Under the pieces are notes generated by a model. That model was not told the origin of the DNA. It worked only from the letters and a program-made list of their open reading frames with translations, and searched no databases. Position numbers and translations under genes: made by a program. A DNA stretch of 64,000 nucleotides from Chloroflexota bacterium (GTDB lineage Bacteria; Chloroflexota; Dehalococcoidia; Lucifugimonadales; UBA3495): assembly GCA_027623675.1 (NCBI GenBank), contig JAQBVF010000001.1:96001-160000 (forward strand), in the 5' to 3' direction. The number at the start of each line of letters is the position of its first letter. The stretch's first letter is position 1. Positions 37,870-49,163 of this stretch are shown piece after piece.

Positions 37870-39339
37870 CTATCCGGAGGCGCTCAACCGTTCCAGCGCG
37901 TTCTTCAAGCGGCTCACGGTACGGTCCTTGCCCAAAACTTCCAGCATCTCGAACAGCGGAGGCGAAACCGCCCGGCCGGTGGCGGCAACCCGCAGCACGC
38001 CGAAGAACTGGCGGCGCGACAGTGAAAGCCGCTCACCGGTGGCATTCAGCATCTCTTCCAGTTTCTCATGCTGATAATCGTCTGTGGCGCTAAGGTCAGC
38101 CAAAGCGGCTTTGAGGGCCGCTAGCGTCATGTCCCGGTCCATGCCTTTCTGAATGATTGTCCCCGTATCGAAATTTTCGTCGGCTTTGAAGAAGTAAGAC
38201 GTCATGTCAGCCGACTCGTCCAACCGCTTGATGCGCTCTTGGACCAGCGGGGCGATCCGGCGCAGGTATTCCTCGTCCACCGGGAGCATGTCCTTGGGCA
38301 GGTCTCGCTCCAAGAACGGCATCATCCGGCTGGCGAGCTCTTCCGGGGTCAACTCCCGGATGTACACCCCGTTCATCCAGAGCAGTTTCTCCTGGTCGAA
38401 GATGGCCGACGACTTGGTGACCCGGTCCAGGGTGAAGTTTTCGATAACGGTCTGTATGGGAACAACATCCGTTTTGTCGTCCAGCGCCCACCCCAAGAGC
38501 AGCATGAAGTTGGTCAACGCCTCGGGCAGGTAACCGTCGACCTGATACTCGCCGATGGCGGTCGCGCCGTGACGCTTTGAGAGCTTAGCCCGGTCCGGCC
38601 CCATGATCATGGGCAGGTGGGCGAACTCTGGCGGCTCGAACCCCAGGGCGTAGAAGAGTTGCAGATGGCGTGGTGTGCTGGGCAGCCACTCCTCGGCGCG
38701 CATGATGTGGCTGATCTTCATCAGATTGTCGTCGGCCACCACGGCCAGGTGGTAGGTGGGGAAGCCGTCGGACTTCAAGATGATGAAGTCGTTCTGAGTC
38801 TCGTTACGCCACTCGACCTCGCCCCTGATCAGGTCTTTGACCCTGGTAACCCCTTCTCTGGGCATGGCGAACCGGATGACCTTGGAGTCGGTCCCGGCGC
38901 TCAGCTTGGCGATCTCGTCTTTACTCAGTTCGCGGCAGTGGCAATCGGCGCTGGCCGAGGTGCGCCGGTCGCGTTGCCGCCCGTCATCTTGGGCCGGCCG
39001 TTCCTGGCTGCAGAAACAATGATAGGCGTTGCCCTCGGAAACCAGCTTGTCGGCAAGGTCATGGTAGATCTGCAGCCGTTCCGACTGGTAATAAGGGCCG
39101 TAGGGTCCGCCCACCTCCGGGCCCTCATCCCAATCGATGTTCAACCAGCGCAGGCCCTCCAACATTGCTTCGATGGACCCCGGAACCAAACGCGCCTGGT
39201 CGGTGTCTTCGACCCTGACGATGAACTTACCGCCGTTGTGACGGGCAAAAAGCCAGTTGAAGAGGGCAGTCCGGATGTTGCCGATGTGGGGCAGTCCGGT
39301 GGGGCTGGGGGCGAACCGGACGCGGACTTCTCCGGGCAA
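37870..39339 (-). CDS. gltX: Glutamyl-tRNA synthetase
   Basis: VRFAPSPTG.PHIGN, RVEDTD, PTYH, KLSKRHG; TTG start after GGAG. Confidence 0.95.
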   Translation of the reverse strand: MPGEVRVRFAPSPTGLPHIGNIRTALFNWLFARHNGGKFIVRVEDTDQARLVPGSIEAMLEGLRWLNIDWDEGPEVGGPYGPYYQSERLQIYHDLADKLVSEGNAYHCFCSQERPAQDDGRQRDRRTSASADCHCRELSKDEIAKLSAGTDSKVIRFAMPREGVTRVKDLIRGEVEWRNETQNDFIILKSDGFPTYHLAVVADDNLMKISHIMRAEEWLPSTPRHLQLFYALGFEPPEFAHLPMIMGPDRAKLSKRHGATAIGEYQVDGYLPEALTNFMLLLGWALDDKTDVVPIQTVIENFTLDRVTKSSAIFDQEKLLWMNGVYIRELTPEELASRMMPFLERDLPKDMLPVDEEYLRRIAPLVQERIKRLDESADMTSYFFKADENFDTGTIIQKGMDRDMTLAALKAALADLSATDDYQHEKLEEMLNATGERLSLSRRQFFGVLRVAATGRAVSPPLFEMLEVLGKDRTVSRLKNALERLSASG

Positions 39340-39438
39340 ATCGATTCTCCACGGCGAAGATATGGGCAGACAATATTGTAGCATGGTTCACGACTGGTCT
39401 CGTGCCTGGAAACGCCTGGTTGGGGCGAGAGCCGGCCG

Positions 39439-40344
39439 TCAGCGGAGGGCGTCGATAGCTGGGAGCAGATCGGGCGGGAGGCTACTACGGAACTCTAGGG
39501 GTTCTCCGCTCAGCGGGTGGTTGAAGCCCAGGTGGAAGGCGTGCAGGAAGTGGCGGTCGACCAAGGGACTGGCTTTGCCGTAGGTGGTGTCGCCGACCAG
39601 CGGATGGCCGATGTGCGCCATGTGTACCCTGATCTGGTGGGTGCGGCCGGTCTCCAGGTAAAGCTCCAACAGACTGTGTTCGCGGAAGCTCTCCCGCACG
39701 GTGTAGCTGGTCCGGGCCTCTTTCCCCCCAACAACCACCGCCATGCGGGTGCGGCGGCGCGGGTGGCGGCCGATGGGAGCGTCCACCTTGCCATTGGATG
39801 GGGTTGGTTTCCCTTCGACCAGGCCCAGGTAACCCTTGGTGACCCGGCGGGCCTTGATCTGGGCGGAGAGGTCGGTGTGAGCCTCGTGGGTCTTGGCCAC
39901 CATCATCAACCCCGAGGTGTCCTTGTCCAGACGGTGCACTATGCCGGGCCGTATCTCGCCGCCGATGCCCTTGATGTCGGGACACATGGCCAGCAGGGCG
40001 TTGACCAAGGTGCTGTCGGGATGCCCCGGTCCGGGATGGACGGCCAGCCCGGCGGGTTTGTCGATCACCACCAAATATTGGTCCTGGTAGACCACGTTCA
40101 CCGGGATGTCTTGGGCCACCACACCGGCGGGCCGGGGCGGCGGGACGGATAGGGTTACCTGGTCGCCGGACCTGACTTTGTAGGAAGGTTTCGCCGGTGT
40201 TCCGTTGACCAGCGCCTGGCCGTCGGCGATCAGACGCTGCAGTTGACTGCGGGTCAGTCCTGTGTCGAGGCCAACCAGGTATTGGTCCAGGCGGGACTCG
40301 CCCTTGGATACTTCAAACCGGTGGACCGCAGTCTTCTCTGTCAT
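39439..40344 (-). CDS. rluD: RluA-family 23S rRNA pseudouridine synthase with S4 domain
   Basis: S4 RLDQYL, KPAGLAVHPG, HRLDKDTSG, TGRTHQIRVH; follows lspA. Confidence 0.88.
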   Translation of the reverse strand: MTEKTAVHRFEVSKGESRLDQYLVGLDTGLTRSQLQRLIADGQALVNGTPAKPSYKVRSGDQVTLSVPPPRPAGVVAQDIPVNVVYQDQYLVVIDKPAGLAVHPGPGHPDSTLVNALLAMCPDIKGIGGEIRPGIVHRLDKDTSGLMMVAKTHEAHTDLSAQIKARRVTKGYLGLVEGKPTPSNGKVDAPIGRHPRRRTRMAVVVGGKEARTSYTVRESFREHSLLELYLETGRTHQIRVHMAHIGHPLVGDTTYGKASPLVDRHFLHAFHLGFNHPLSGEPLEFRSSLPPDLLPAIDALR

Positions 40345-40396
40345 GGCTATCAGAACCCAGGCGGCAGCTTCACGCCCATGGCGTTAGTCACCGGGG

Positions 40397-41002
40397 TCAA
40401 TGCGCCGAGCCGATCAACCGCTCTTTCACTCCGCAGGTGGAACACCGCCAGCCGCCGGCCACCGTGCGCATCTCGCCCTCGCAGACGGGACACCAGCCGT
40501 AGCCGCTGGTGGGGGCGGAGGCTTTGGAGCCCCCTTGGTCGGCGATCAGGAAGATGTAGGCCATAATCACTAGGCCCGTGATGATTGATGCGTCGGCCAT
40601 GTTGAAGATCGGCCAGTCGCCCACATCTATGAAATCGGTCACATGGCCCAGCCGCACCCGGTCGATCAGATTGCCGAAAGCCCCGCCCACCTGCAATCCC
40701 AGGCTAAGCCGCAGGAGGGCGGTCGGGACCCGCTGGCTGCGGTAGATCAAGACCAGGATGGCTATCCCAATCGCGGAGACCAGTATCAGAGGCGTGTTCT
40801 GGTCCTGAAAGATGCCAAAAGCGCTGCCGGTGTTGAAGGTATGGGTGAAGCGGAAGAAACCGGTGTCGGGGAACGACTCGCGGAACAATAGTTGGTCCCG
40901 GACGATCAGCTTGCTGAACTGGTCGATAACAAAGACGATGATAGCCAGTTGAATCAGGACAAAATCTTTGTAGATCGGAGTGCGGGGGTTTTCGGCGCTC
41001 AC
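40397..41002 (-). CDS. lspA: Lipoprotein signal peptidase II with a C-terminal Cys4 Zn ribbon
   Basis: DQFSK, NTGSAFG, GNLIDR, VTDFI, FNMAD; tail CPVC..CSTC. Confidence 0.92.
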   Translation of the reverse strand: MSAENPRTPIYKDFVLIQLAIIVFVIDQFSKLIVRDQLLFRESFPDTGFFRFTHTFNTGSAFGIFQDQNTPLILVSAIGIAILVLIYRSQRVPTALLRLSLGLQVGGAFGNLIDRVRLGHVTDFIDVGDWPIFNMADASIITGLVIMAYIFLIADQGGSKASAPTSGYGWCPVCEGEMRTVAGGWRCSTCGVKERLIGSAH

Positions 41003-41049
41003 GTTATGGTCTCCGGCTGGATGGGACGGTCCGTTTCAAACTCGGGGCG

Positions 41050-41691
41050 CTACTGATACTTAAGCTGTTCGGTATAGAACTTGGCGACTTTCGGCACCAG
41101 CCGCCCTTCTTGGCCGTACCAAAAATGGTCCACACCGTCGAAGAGCTCAAACTTGGGAGGGTGGTTGAAACTGGCCAGTTCGGCGCTAAGTTGCTCCGAG
41201 TCCACCAGGCGGTCGCGGTCGCCGGTTGTGATGAGCGTGGGCATGTTGGACTCTTTCAGCGGCGATCCTTCGATGGCGCGCATGGGCGGAGAAACCAGAA
41301 CGATGGCGTCGGCCTCGCTGTGCAGTTCGCCATGACCTAAGATAACCGAGGTTCCGAATGAATAGCCGGTCAGCCCGGTCTTATCGTTGGTGTCGGGCCA
41401 CGCCTTGATCAGGTCTAGAGCGCCCAAAACCTCCTGGAACTCCTTCTCGCCCTTGGTGTGCTCGCCCTCGCTGGCGCCAACCCCGCGGAAGTTGAACCGC
41501 AGGGTGACGAAACCCTCTTCGACCAGACCCAACGCCAGGGCCAGGACCACATTGTTGTCCATGCTGCCGCCGTGGAGCGGATGGGGATGGCAGATGACCA
41601 CGCCCGGCCAAGGGCCTGCGCCGTCAGGCTGGGTTACCACACCTTCGAATGTCAGTCCTTCGGTCTTGAACGAAACGGCGCTCTGACGCAC
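41050..41691 (-). CDS. Alpha/beta hydrolase
   Basis: CHPHPLHGGSMDN, RFNFRGVG, GYSFG, GDRD, DHF. Confidence 0.9.
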   Translation of the reverse strand: MRQSAVSFKTEGLTFEGVVTQPDGAGPWPGVVICHPHPLHGGSMDNNVVLALALGLVEEGFVTLRFNFRGVGASEGEHTKGEKEFQEVLGALDLIKAWPDTNDKTGLTGYSFGTSVILGHGELHSEADAIVLVSPPMRAIEGSPLKESNMPTLITTGDRDRLVDSEQLSAELASFNHPPKFELFDGVDHFWYGQEGRLVPKVAKFYTEQLKYQ

Positions 41692-41978
41692 GGCGATAAC
41701 TCCTTGGGTTGGTCTCTTCGGGCTGGTCTCAAGCAGCGTATATCCATCTTAGGTAACCGCCCGACCTTTGGCAAGAAAATGGGGCTCTCCCGGGCTGCCT
41801 AATTGCAGAAGGCTCCCGGCACCGCCTAACACTGAGGGCACACATGGCTTAGTCGTTCCGGTGGAGGGCAGCATCCGTTAGTTTCTCAGGCGCAATCCTG
41901 CTAGAATACCGGGTAGTTTTTCCGGGTAGTTTTTCCGGGCCAAATCTACCGAATCATTTCGAGAAAAGGGATCGTCTA

Positions 41979-43027
<1,049 letters not shown>

Positions 43028-43028
<1 letters not shown>

Positions 43029-43618
43029 TGGCGGAGATAACATTTGAGCGTGGTCACACGGCGCTACTCATCGCCGATTTCTACGCCGAGATGATGAACA
43101 CCCTGCCCCACGCCACCGAGCGGGGCGTGGTGGCCAAGGCCGCCGCGGTGCAGGCCGCCGCCCGGCAGGCCGGAGTCATGGTCTGCTACTGCGCCACCGT
43201 GTTCCGGCCGGGCTATCCCGAGATCGGCCAGAGGAACAAGACGTTCAGCCAGCGCAAGGCCTCGGGCCAGACCGCCAACCCGGACCCCATGGACGTCATC
43301 CACCCGTCGGTCAGGCCCCAAGAGGGTGAGGTTGTGGTGGGCAAGCACCGGGTGAACGCCCTCTACGGCACCGGACTGGACGTGGCGTTGCGGGCCAACG
43401 ATATCCGCGACCTGGTGGTCCTGGGCTACGCCACCAGCGGCGTTGTCTTGTCGACCGTCCGCTACGGCGCCGACCTGGATTACAACCTTTTCGTGGTCGA
43501 GGACTGCTGTTCCGACTCCGACGCCGACGTCCACGATTTCTTGACCCAGCGCATCCTGTCCCGCCAGGCGGAAGTGTGCGGCTCGGACGATGTTATCCGG
43601 GCGTTGGGAGCTATATAG
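43028..43618 (+). CDS. Isochorismatase-family hydrolase (subtype lacking the nucleophile Cys)
   Basis: TALLIAD, KHR, GYATSGVVLST, DCCSD; TAATG coupling to ltaE. Confidence 0.85.
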
Positions 43619-43990
43619 TTGGCCGACCTGCCCCCGGATCAGCGTTCTAAGCATGATAGCTCCCGGCGTTACCAGATTCGCACCCGGTACATCGCCGTCG
43701 CCGCGTTGGCCATCGCCATCGGCCACGTTGTCTACGCATTCCTGCGCGACCACGTTTTCGATTATTGATCGCTGATGCCCGCCTGGGACGAGGGTTGCCA
43801 TGCGGTCCCTTAAACCAATAAGTCACCCGAACCGGCACTACCTGCGGGTTGCCTGCGCCGCGTTTCGCCATTAATATGCACTCAGATACGCGTCCCGTAT
43901 CATAAAGACCGACCGGGGCCTCAGTTCGCAGGCTTCGGGCGGATCACTCAATCAAGCGGAGGTGCTCAGGTTCTAGATCGTATTCTCTCT

Positions 43991-44848
43991 TTGTTTCGCA
44001 GCAAGACAGCGGAGCTCGAAATCGAAAAAACAGGCGGGTCATCCCAGCCCGGCGGCACCATGGATGTCCAGATCGCGATACGGCCCCGGAAGGGAATGAA
44101 GGTCAAGACCGGCCAGGTGGAATTGGTCTGCAACGAGCAATGGTGGGAGAAAGAAACCCCTGGAGACAGCGGTAGCGGGAAGCTTCAAACGCATTCGGTA
44201 TTGTCCCAGCCGCTGGTCCAATCTTTTATCGCAGACACAGAAATATCCGCCGCCGAACCGGTCGTCAGGTACGCAAGATTTCAGATTCCCAAAGAAGTCC
44301 CGCCCACGGTCCACGGGTCGGTGGCACAGGTGTCGTGGCAACTCTCCGCCCGGCTGGAGATCGAGAACGGAAACCCGATCACCGTGTCCCAGGAAGTGAC
44401 GGTTCTAACTCCTCAGGTGGTCAAGGCCGGACGCAGCGTGGCCTCTCTTTCAGAAGAGGCCATTTTCACCGATTGCACCCTGGCTCTGGTCTTGGTTAAC
44501 GACGTGGTCGGCGCTGGCGGCTTCCTCGAGGGTGAACTGCGGGCCAAGGTAAACAGCCCTCAGCAAGCCAAAGACGTCAGGATGGAGCTGCACAGCTCCG
44601 AAAGCGCCGGGGAACGGGAAGTGGAGTCCGTCCGGGAGCGGGTTTCTCTGGTGGCCAACTTACAGTTGAACACCTCGGATGAGCCCTACGTATGGGCTTT
44701 CAGCCTGCCGGTCCCGGCGCAGACCCTGCCGACGGTGAAGAGTGGGCATACCGCGGTGTCGTGGCGTCTAAAAGCGGTGGTGGACACGGAACAGACCAAA
44801 GAGGCCTACCACTTGGAGCGCGACGTCCAGGTATTCACGTCCACGTAG
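43991..44848 (+). CDS. SpoOM/arrestin-fold protein with two homologous domains
   Basis: Internal repeat FQIPKEVPPTV..VSWQLSARLE / FSLPVPAQTLPTV..VSWRLKAVVD. Start codon uncertain. Confidence 0.65.
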   Translation: MFRSKTAELEIEKTGGSSQPGGTMDVQIAIRPRKGMKVKTGQVELVCNEQWWEKETPGDSGSGKLQTHSVLSQPLVQSFIADTEISAAEPVVRYARFQIPKEVPPTVHGSVAQVSWQLSARLEIENGNPITVSQEVTVLTPQVVKAGRSVASLSEEAIFTDCTLALVLVNDVVGAGGFLEGELRAKVNSPQQAKDVRMELHSSESAGEREVESVRERVSLVANLQLNTSDEPYVWAFSLPVPAQTLPTVKSGHTAVSWRLKAVVDTEQTKEAYHLERDVQVFTST

Positions 44849-44857
44849 CGACGCGAC

Positions 44858-46210
44858 TTAGGCGTCCCCATCGCCGGCCTTGCCATGCCACCAGCGTTCC
44901 AACCGCTGGCCGATCTCCCGCTCTGCCCCTTCTTCGCTGGGTTGATAATAACGGCGTCCTTTCAGGGACGGCGGAAGATACTCTTGTTCCTCGAAATGGC
45001 CCTCGAAGTCGTGGGAATACTTGTAGTCTTTGCCGTATCCCATGTCCTGCATCATCCCCGTCACGGCGTTGCGCAGGTGAATGGGCACCGGCTCGTTGGC
45101 CTGCTCCCGAACGTCGCGCATCGCCTGGTTCAGCGCCGCGTAGGCCGAGTTGCTCTTGGGGGCGGCGGCCAGATAAACGGTCGCTTCGGCCAGCGCGATC
45201 CGTCCCTCGGGCATGCCCAGGAAGTGGACCGCCTGCTGGGCCGCCACCGCCACCGGCAGCGCCTGCGGGTCGGCCAGGCCGATGTCCTCTGACGCCAGAA
45301 TCACCAGCCGCCTGGCGATGAACAGCGGGTCCTCTCCCGATTCGACCATCCGCGCCAGCCAGTAGATGGCGCCGTCTGGCGACGAACCCCGGACCGACTT
45401 TATGAACGCCGAGATGGTGTCGTAGTGGCTCTCCCCCGACTTGTCGTACATGGGTGAGCGCCTTTGGAGGGCATCTGAAACGGTCTCCAGATCTATCACA
45501 CGCTTGCCATCGGCGCTGGGGGTGCTGGCGTAGGCCGCCGTCTCCAGAGCGTTCAAGGCGATCCTTGCGTCCCCGTTGGCGATATTCACCAGATGCCCCA
45601 TCGCGTCATCGGCCAGCGTCGCGTGCATCGGGCCAAGCCCCCGTGCCTGGTCGGCCAGGGCACGCTGGATGATGGCCTTCATCTGGTCCGGCGTCAGGCT
45701 CTGCAGGGTAAACACCCGGCACCGGGACAGCAGCGGGGCGATGACCTCGAATGACGGGTTCTCGGTGGTGGCGCCGATGAAGGTGATGGTGCCGTCCTCG
45801 ACATGGGGCAGGATGACGTCCTGCTGGGCTTTGTTGAAGCGGTGAATCTCGTCCACGAAGAGGATGGTGGACTGCTGGTGCATCCCCTTCCGGTCTCTTG
45901 CCTCACCCACTATGCGGCGCAGGTCGGCCACCCCCGATGTGACGGCGCTGACCGGTTGGAAATCGGCCTGAGTAGACGTGGCCACGATCCGGGCGAGAGT
46001 GGTCTTGCCGGTGCCGGGCGGGCCCCAGAGGATGATGGACGGCAGGCGTCCGGCGGCGATCGACTTGAGCAGCACCCGGCCGGGGTCCACGATCTGGTCC
46101 TGGCCCACGAACTCGTCAAACGTTTTCGGCCGCATGCGTTCAGCCAGCGGAGCGTCACGCTCGGCCTGGGCCTTTCTGCCGTGCTCGAACAATGACTCGG
46201 AAGTGCTCAT
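44858..46210 (-). CDS. rarA: Replication-associated recombination protein A
   Basis: PLAERMRP, GPPGTGKT, DEIHRFNKAQQD, ATTENPSF, SAFIKSVRGS, SEDIG. Confidence 0.95.
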   Translation of the reverse strand: MSTSESLFEHGRKAQAERDAPLAERMRPKTFDEFVGQDQIVDPGRVLLKSIAAGRLPSIILWGPPGTGKTTLARIVATSTQADFQPVSAVTSGVADLRRIVGEARDRKGMHQQSTILFVDEIHRFNKAQQDVILPHVEDGTITFIGATTENPSFEVIAPLLSRCRVFTLQSLTPDQMKAIIQRALADQARGLGPMHATLADDAMGHLVNIANGDARIALNALETAAYASTPSADGKRVIDLETVSDALQRRSPMYDKSGESHYDTISAFIKSVRGSSPDGAIYWLARMVESGEDPLFIARRLVILASEDIGLADPQALPVAVAAQQAVHFLGMPEGRIALAEATVYLAAAPKSNSAYAALNQAMRDVREQANEPVPIHLRNAVTGMMQDMGYGKDYKYSHDFEGHFEEQEYLPPSLKGRRYYQPSEEGAEREIGQRLERWWHGKAGDGDA

Positions 46211-46247
46211 TGGTGTTCACCTCCCACCTGGGCTACTCGAACCGGGA

Positions 46248-47270
46248 CTACTGGAACCGGGGCATGACTTCTTTGGCAAATAACCGCATTGAGCTTTGGA
46301 CCTCGGCGTGGGGAAGCATGCCGCCAATGTTGAACCAGCACATGAACTCCTCCGGCCCGTACAGGTCCCTGAATCTCTCCAGCTTGGCCGTCACCTGGTC
46401 CGGCGTGCCCACGGCGGCGAACTCCTCCATCACACTCTCGGCAGTTAGGGTCGACGCCCGGCTGGAACCCTTGCTGGCGCCCCTGGCCCGGCCGATGTCC
46501 CGGAGCGTGTCCAGGTAGTTGTCGATGGTTTTGGTAAACCCGGCCCTGGCCTCTTTCTCCGAAGCGGCCACGTGTATCGGGACGTTTACGTTGACCTTCA
46601 CATCGGCGGCATCGTGGCCGTTCTCCGCCAGTTCCGCCCGGTAAGACGCCAACCCGGCCAGAGCTCCTTCCCTGCTCACGATGGTCGGCGCAACGAGGAT
46701 GTTGTGCCCCAACTCGCCGACGATGCCGAAGGTGTCGGCACTGTTGGCGGCCACGTACACCGGAGGATGGGGCTGCTGCAACGGCTTGGGAATCACGCCG
46801 AGGCCATGGGCCTGGAAGTACTTGCCCTGGTAGGTGAAATTATCGTCGGCCCACGAACCCAGCACCACCTCCAGCCCTTCCAGAAAGCGGTCCCGGCCCT
46901 CTTCCTGGTCGATGCCGTAACCCTCGAAGTGGGTCGGCATGGAACCCCGGCCCACGCCGAAGATGGCCCGGCCGTTGGATAGCACATCCAGGGTCGCCAC
47001 CTCTTCGGCCAGGCGGATGGGCTGGTGCAGCGGGAGCAGGCTGACGGCGTTGCCGATCCGGATGCGCTTGGTGGCCTGGGCAACAGCCGAGGCGATCATC
47101 AACGGGGCCGACATGACCGAGAACCAGGGATTGAAGTGAAGCTCGGCCAGCCAAACTGAGTCAAAACCAAGTTCATCGGCCAGTTGGCATTGGGCGATGG
47201 TGTCCCGGACGCGGGCGGCTGGATCTTGGTCCACCGCGCAAGGGAGTTGGAAAAAGATGCCGAACTCCAT
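46248..47270 (-). CDS. LLM-class flavin-dependent oxidoreductase
   Basis: GFDSVWLAELHF, P+RLAEEVATLDVLSNGR, PKPLQQPHPP, LFAKEVMP. Confidence 0.92.
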   Translation of the reverse strand: MEFGIFFQLPCAVDQDPAARVRDTIAQCQLADELGFDSVWLAELHFNPWFSVMSAPLMIASAVAQATKRIRIGNAVSLLPLHQPIRLAEEVATLDVLSNGRAIFGVGRGSMPTHFEGYGIDQEEGRDRFLEGLEVVLGSWADDNFTYQGKYFQAHGLGVIPKPLQQPHPPVYVAANSADTFGIVGELGHNILVAPTIVSREGALAGLASYRAELAENGHDAADVKVNVNVPIHVAASEKEARAGFTKTIDNYLDTLRDIGRARGASKGSSRASTLTAESVMEEFAAVGTPDQVTAKLERFRDLYGPEEFMCWFNIGGMLPHAEVQSSMRLFAKEVMPRFQ

Positions 47271-47441
47271 TGGTGTCTCCATCTGATGGCTTTTGGGGTA
47301 GAGCGAATCGCCAGGCCGCAAGCCGTGAACCATGGCGAGCTAGCGGCCCGCCTATTCTAATACAAACGTATGGGGTCGATTTGCCGCCGCCCCCGTTGAT
47401 GGATCGGCGAGTCTGAACTGTGGCTGGCCGGTAGCGCCGCC

Positions 47442-49007
47442 CTACAGCGGGATGTTGCCGTGCTTCTTGGGGGGGAGGCTGTCGCGCTTGTTTTGGAGCA
47501 TCACCAGAGCTTTGATGATCTGGGTCCGGGTCTCGGCGGGGTCGATCACGTCGTCCAGGAACCCGCGTCCGGCCGCGATATAGGGCGTGGTGAAGCGGTC
47601 TTGGTACTCTTTGATCAACTCTTGGCGCTTGGCGTCCGGGTCATCGGCCTGGGATATCTCGCTGCGGTAGATTATGTTCACTGCGCCTTCAGCCCCCATG
47701 ACGGCGATCTCCGCCGATGGCCAGGCGAGGTTGATATCGGAGCGCAGGTGCTTGCTGCTCATCACGATGTAGGCCCCGCCGTAGGCCTTGCGGATGATGA
47801 CCGCGACCTTGGGCACCGTGGCCTCGGCATAGGCGTATATCAGCTTCGCGCCGTGCCGAATTATCCCGCCGTATTCCTGCTCCACGCCGGGCATGAAACC
47901 GGGGACATCCACCAAGGTCACGATGGGAATGTTGAAACAGTCGCAGAAGCGAATAAAGCGCGCCGCCTTGGCCGATGCGTCGATATCCAGAACTCCGGCC
48001 AAGTACTCGGGCTGGTTGCCCACCAGGCCCACCGCCATTCCGTTCATCCGGGCGAACCCGACCACCACGTTGGGCGCGAAGTTCTGATGGACCTCCATGA
48101 ACTCTTCATCGTCGATGATCTTGTAGATGACCTCCCGCATGTCGTAGGGGCGGTTTGAGTCGTCGGGAATGAGATATCGCAGGTCGGGTTCGTTCCGGGT
48201 CGGCGGGTCGTCCGTGGGGACTTCGGGAATCTCATCCATGTTGTTGCTGGGCAGGAAGCCGAGGAGGCGGCGCACTTCGTTGATGCACTCCTCTTCAGTC
48301 TCGTAGACGAATTGGGCCACACCACTCCGGGTGGCATGGGTCGCCGCGCCACCCAGGTCCTCGTGGGTCACTTCTTCGCCGGTCACCGCCTTGATGACAT
48401 CGGGACCGGTGATGTACATCTGGCCCGTGCCTTTGACCATGAAAACGAAGTCGGTGATTGCCGGAGAGTACACCGCGCCGCCGGCGGAAGGGCCAACGAT
48501 CACCGATATCTGGGGGATGACGCCTGAATACATGGTGTTGCGGAGGAATATATCGCCGTAGGCCCCCAGGCTGGTGACCCCTTCTTGGATGCGGGCCCCG
48601 CCCGAGTCGTTGAGCCCCACGGCGGGACAGCCGGCCTTGACCGCCAGGTCCAGCATCTTACAGATCTTCTGGCTGACCGCCTCCGAAAGGGAGCCGCCCA
48701 TCACGGTGAAGTCCTGGGCAAAGGCGAAGACCTGCCGGCCCTCCACCAGTCCGTAGCCGGTCACTACCGCGTCGCCCAGGATCTTGCGGTCGCCCAGACC
48801 GAAGTCGGTTGCCCGGTGGGTGACGAACGGGTCCAACTCCTGGAAGGTGCCGTCGTCCATCAGCAGGTTCAATCGCTCACGAGCGGTGAGCTTGCCCCGG
48901 CTGTGCTGTTGGTCTATCCGGTCCTGGCCGCCGCCTTTCAACGCTTCTTGGCGCATGGCGTCCAGGGCTTCTATCTTCTCGTCCATCTGCCTTTTTTCCG
49001 CAGTCAC
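47442..49007 (-). CDS. pccB: Acyl-CoA (propionyl/methylmalonyl-CoA) carboxylase carboxyltransferase subunit
   Basis: GKLTARER, DFTVMGGS, SGGARIQEG, AGGAVYSP, DVPGF, KAYGGAY, KKHGNIPL; GTG start after GGAGG. Confidence 0.88.
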   Translation of the reverse strand: MTAEKRQMDEKIEALDAMRQEALKGGGQDRIDQQHSRGKLTARERLNLLMDDGTFQELDPFVTHRATDFGLGDRKILGDAVVTGYGLVEGRQVFAFAQDFTVMGGSLSEAVSQKICKMLDLAVKAGCPAVGLNDSGGARIQEGVTSLGAYGDIFLRNTMYSGVIPQISVIVGPSAGGAVYSPAITDFVFMVKGTGQMYITGPDVIKAVTGEEVTHEDLGGAATHATRSGVAQFVYETEEECINEVRRLLGFLPSNNMDEIPEVPTDDPPTRNEPDLRYLIPDDSNRPYDMREVIYKIIDDEEFMEVHQNFAPNVVVGFARMNGMAVGLVGNQPEYLAGVLDIDASAKAARFIRFCDCFNIPIVTLVDVPGFMPGVEQEYGGIIRHGAKLIYAYAEATVPKVAVIIRKAYGGAYIVMSSKHLRSDINLAWPSAEIAVMGAEGAVNIIYRSEISQADDPDAKRQELIKEYQDRFTTPYIAAGRGFLDDVIDPAETRTQIIKALVMLQNKRDSLPPKKHGNIPL

Positions 49008-49163
49008 AACCCCTCCCGAAACATCGCGAACAGGCACGCTCGACCGTGGTTCATAGTAGCAGACGCTCCGAACGAGGAGCAAGGAGCCTGGGCGTGCCCC
49101 ACAGTGATAAAATGGTGGCGTTTCCCTGCAGATCCTCTTTCATTTCCACGGAGTGCCCAAACC

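Noticed and set aside
41800..41900. Glycine riboswitch upstream of ltaE (TCTCAGG seen)
   Set aside because: The GGAGA and CCGAAG elements and the aptamer stems are absent.
43620..43990. Small ORFs in the gap after the isochorismatase gene
   Set aside because: No RBS or recognisable motif; Arg-rich shadow-like composition.
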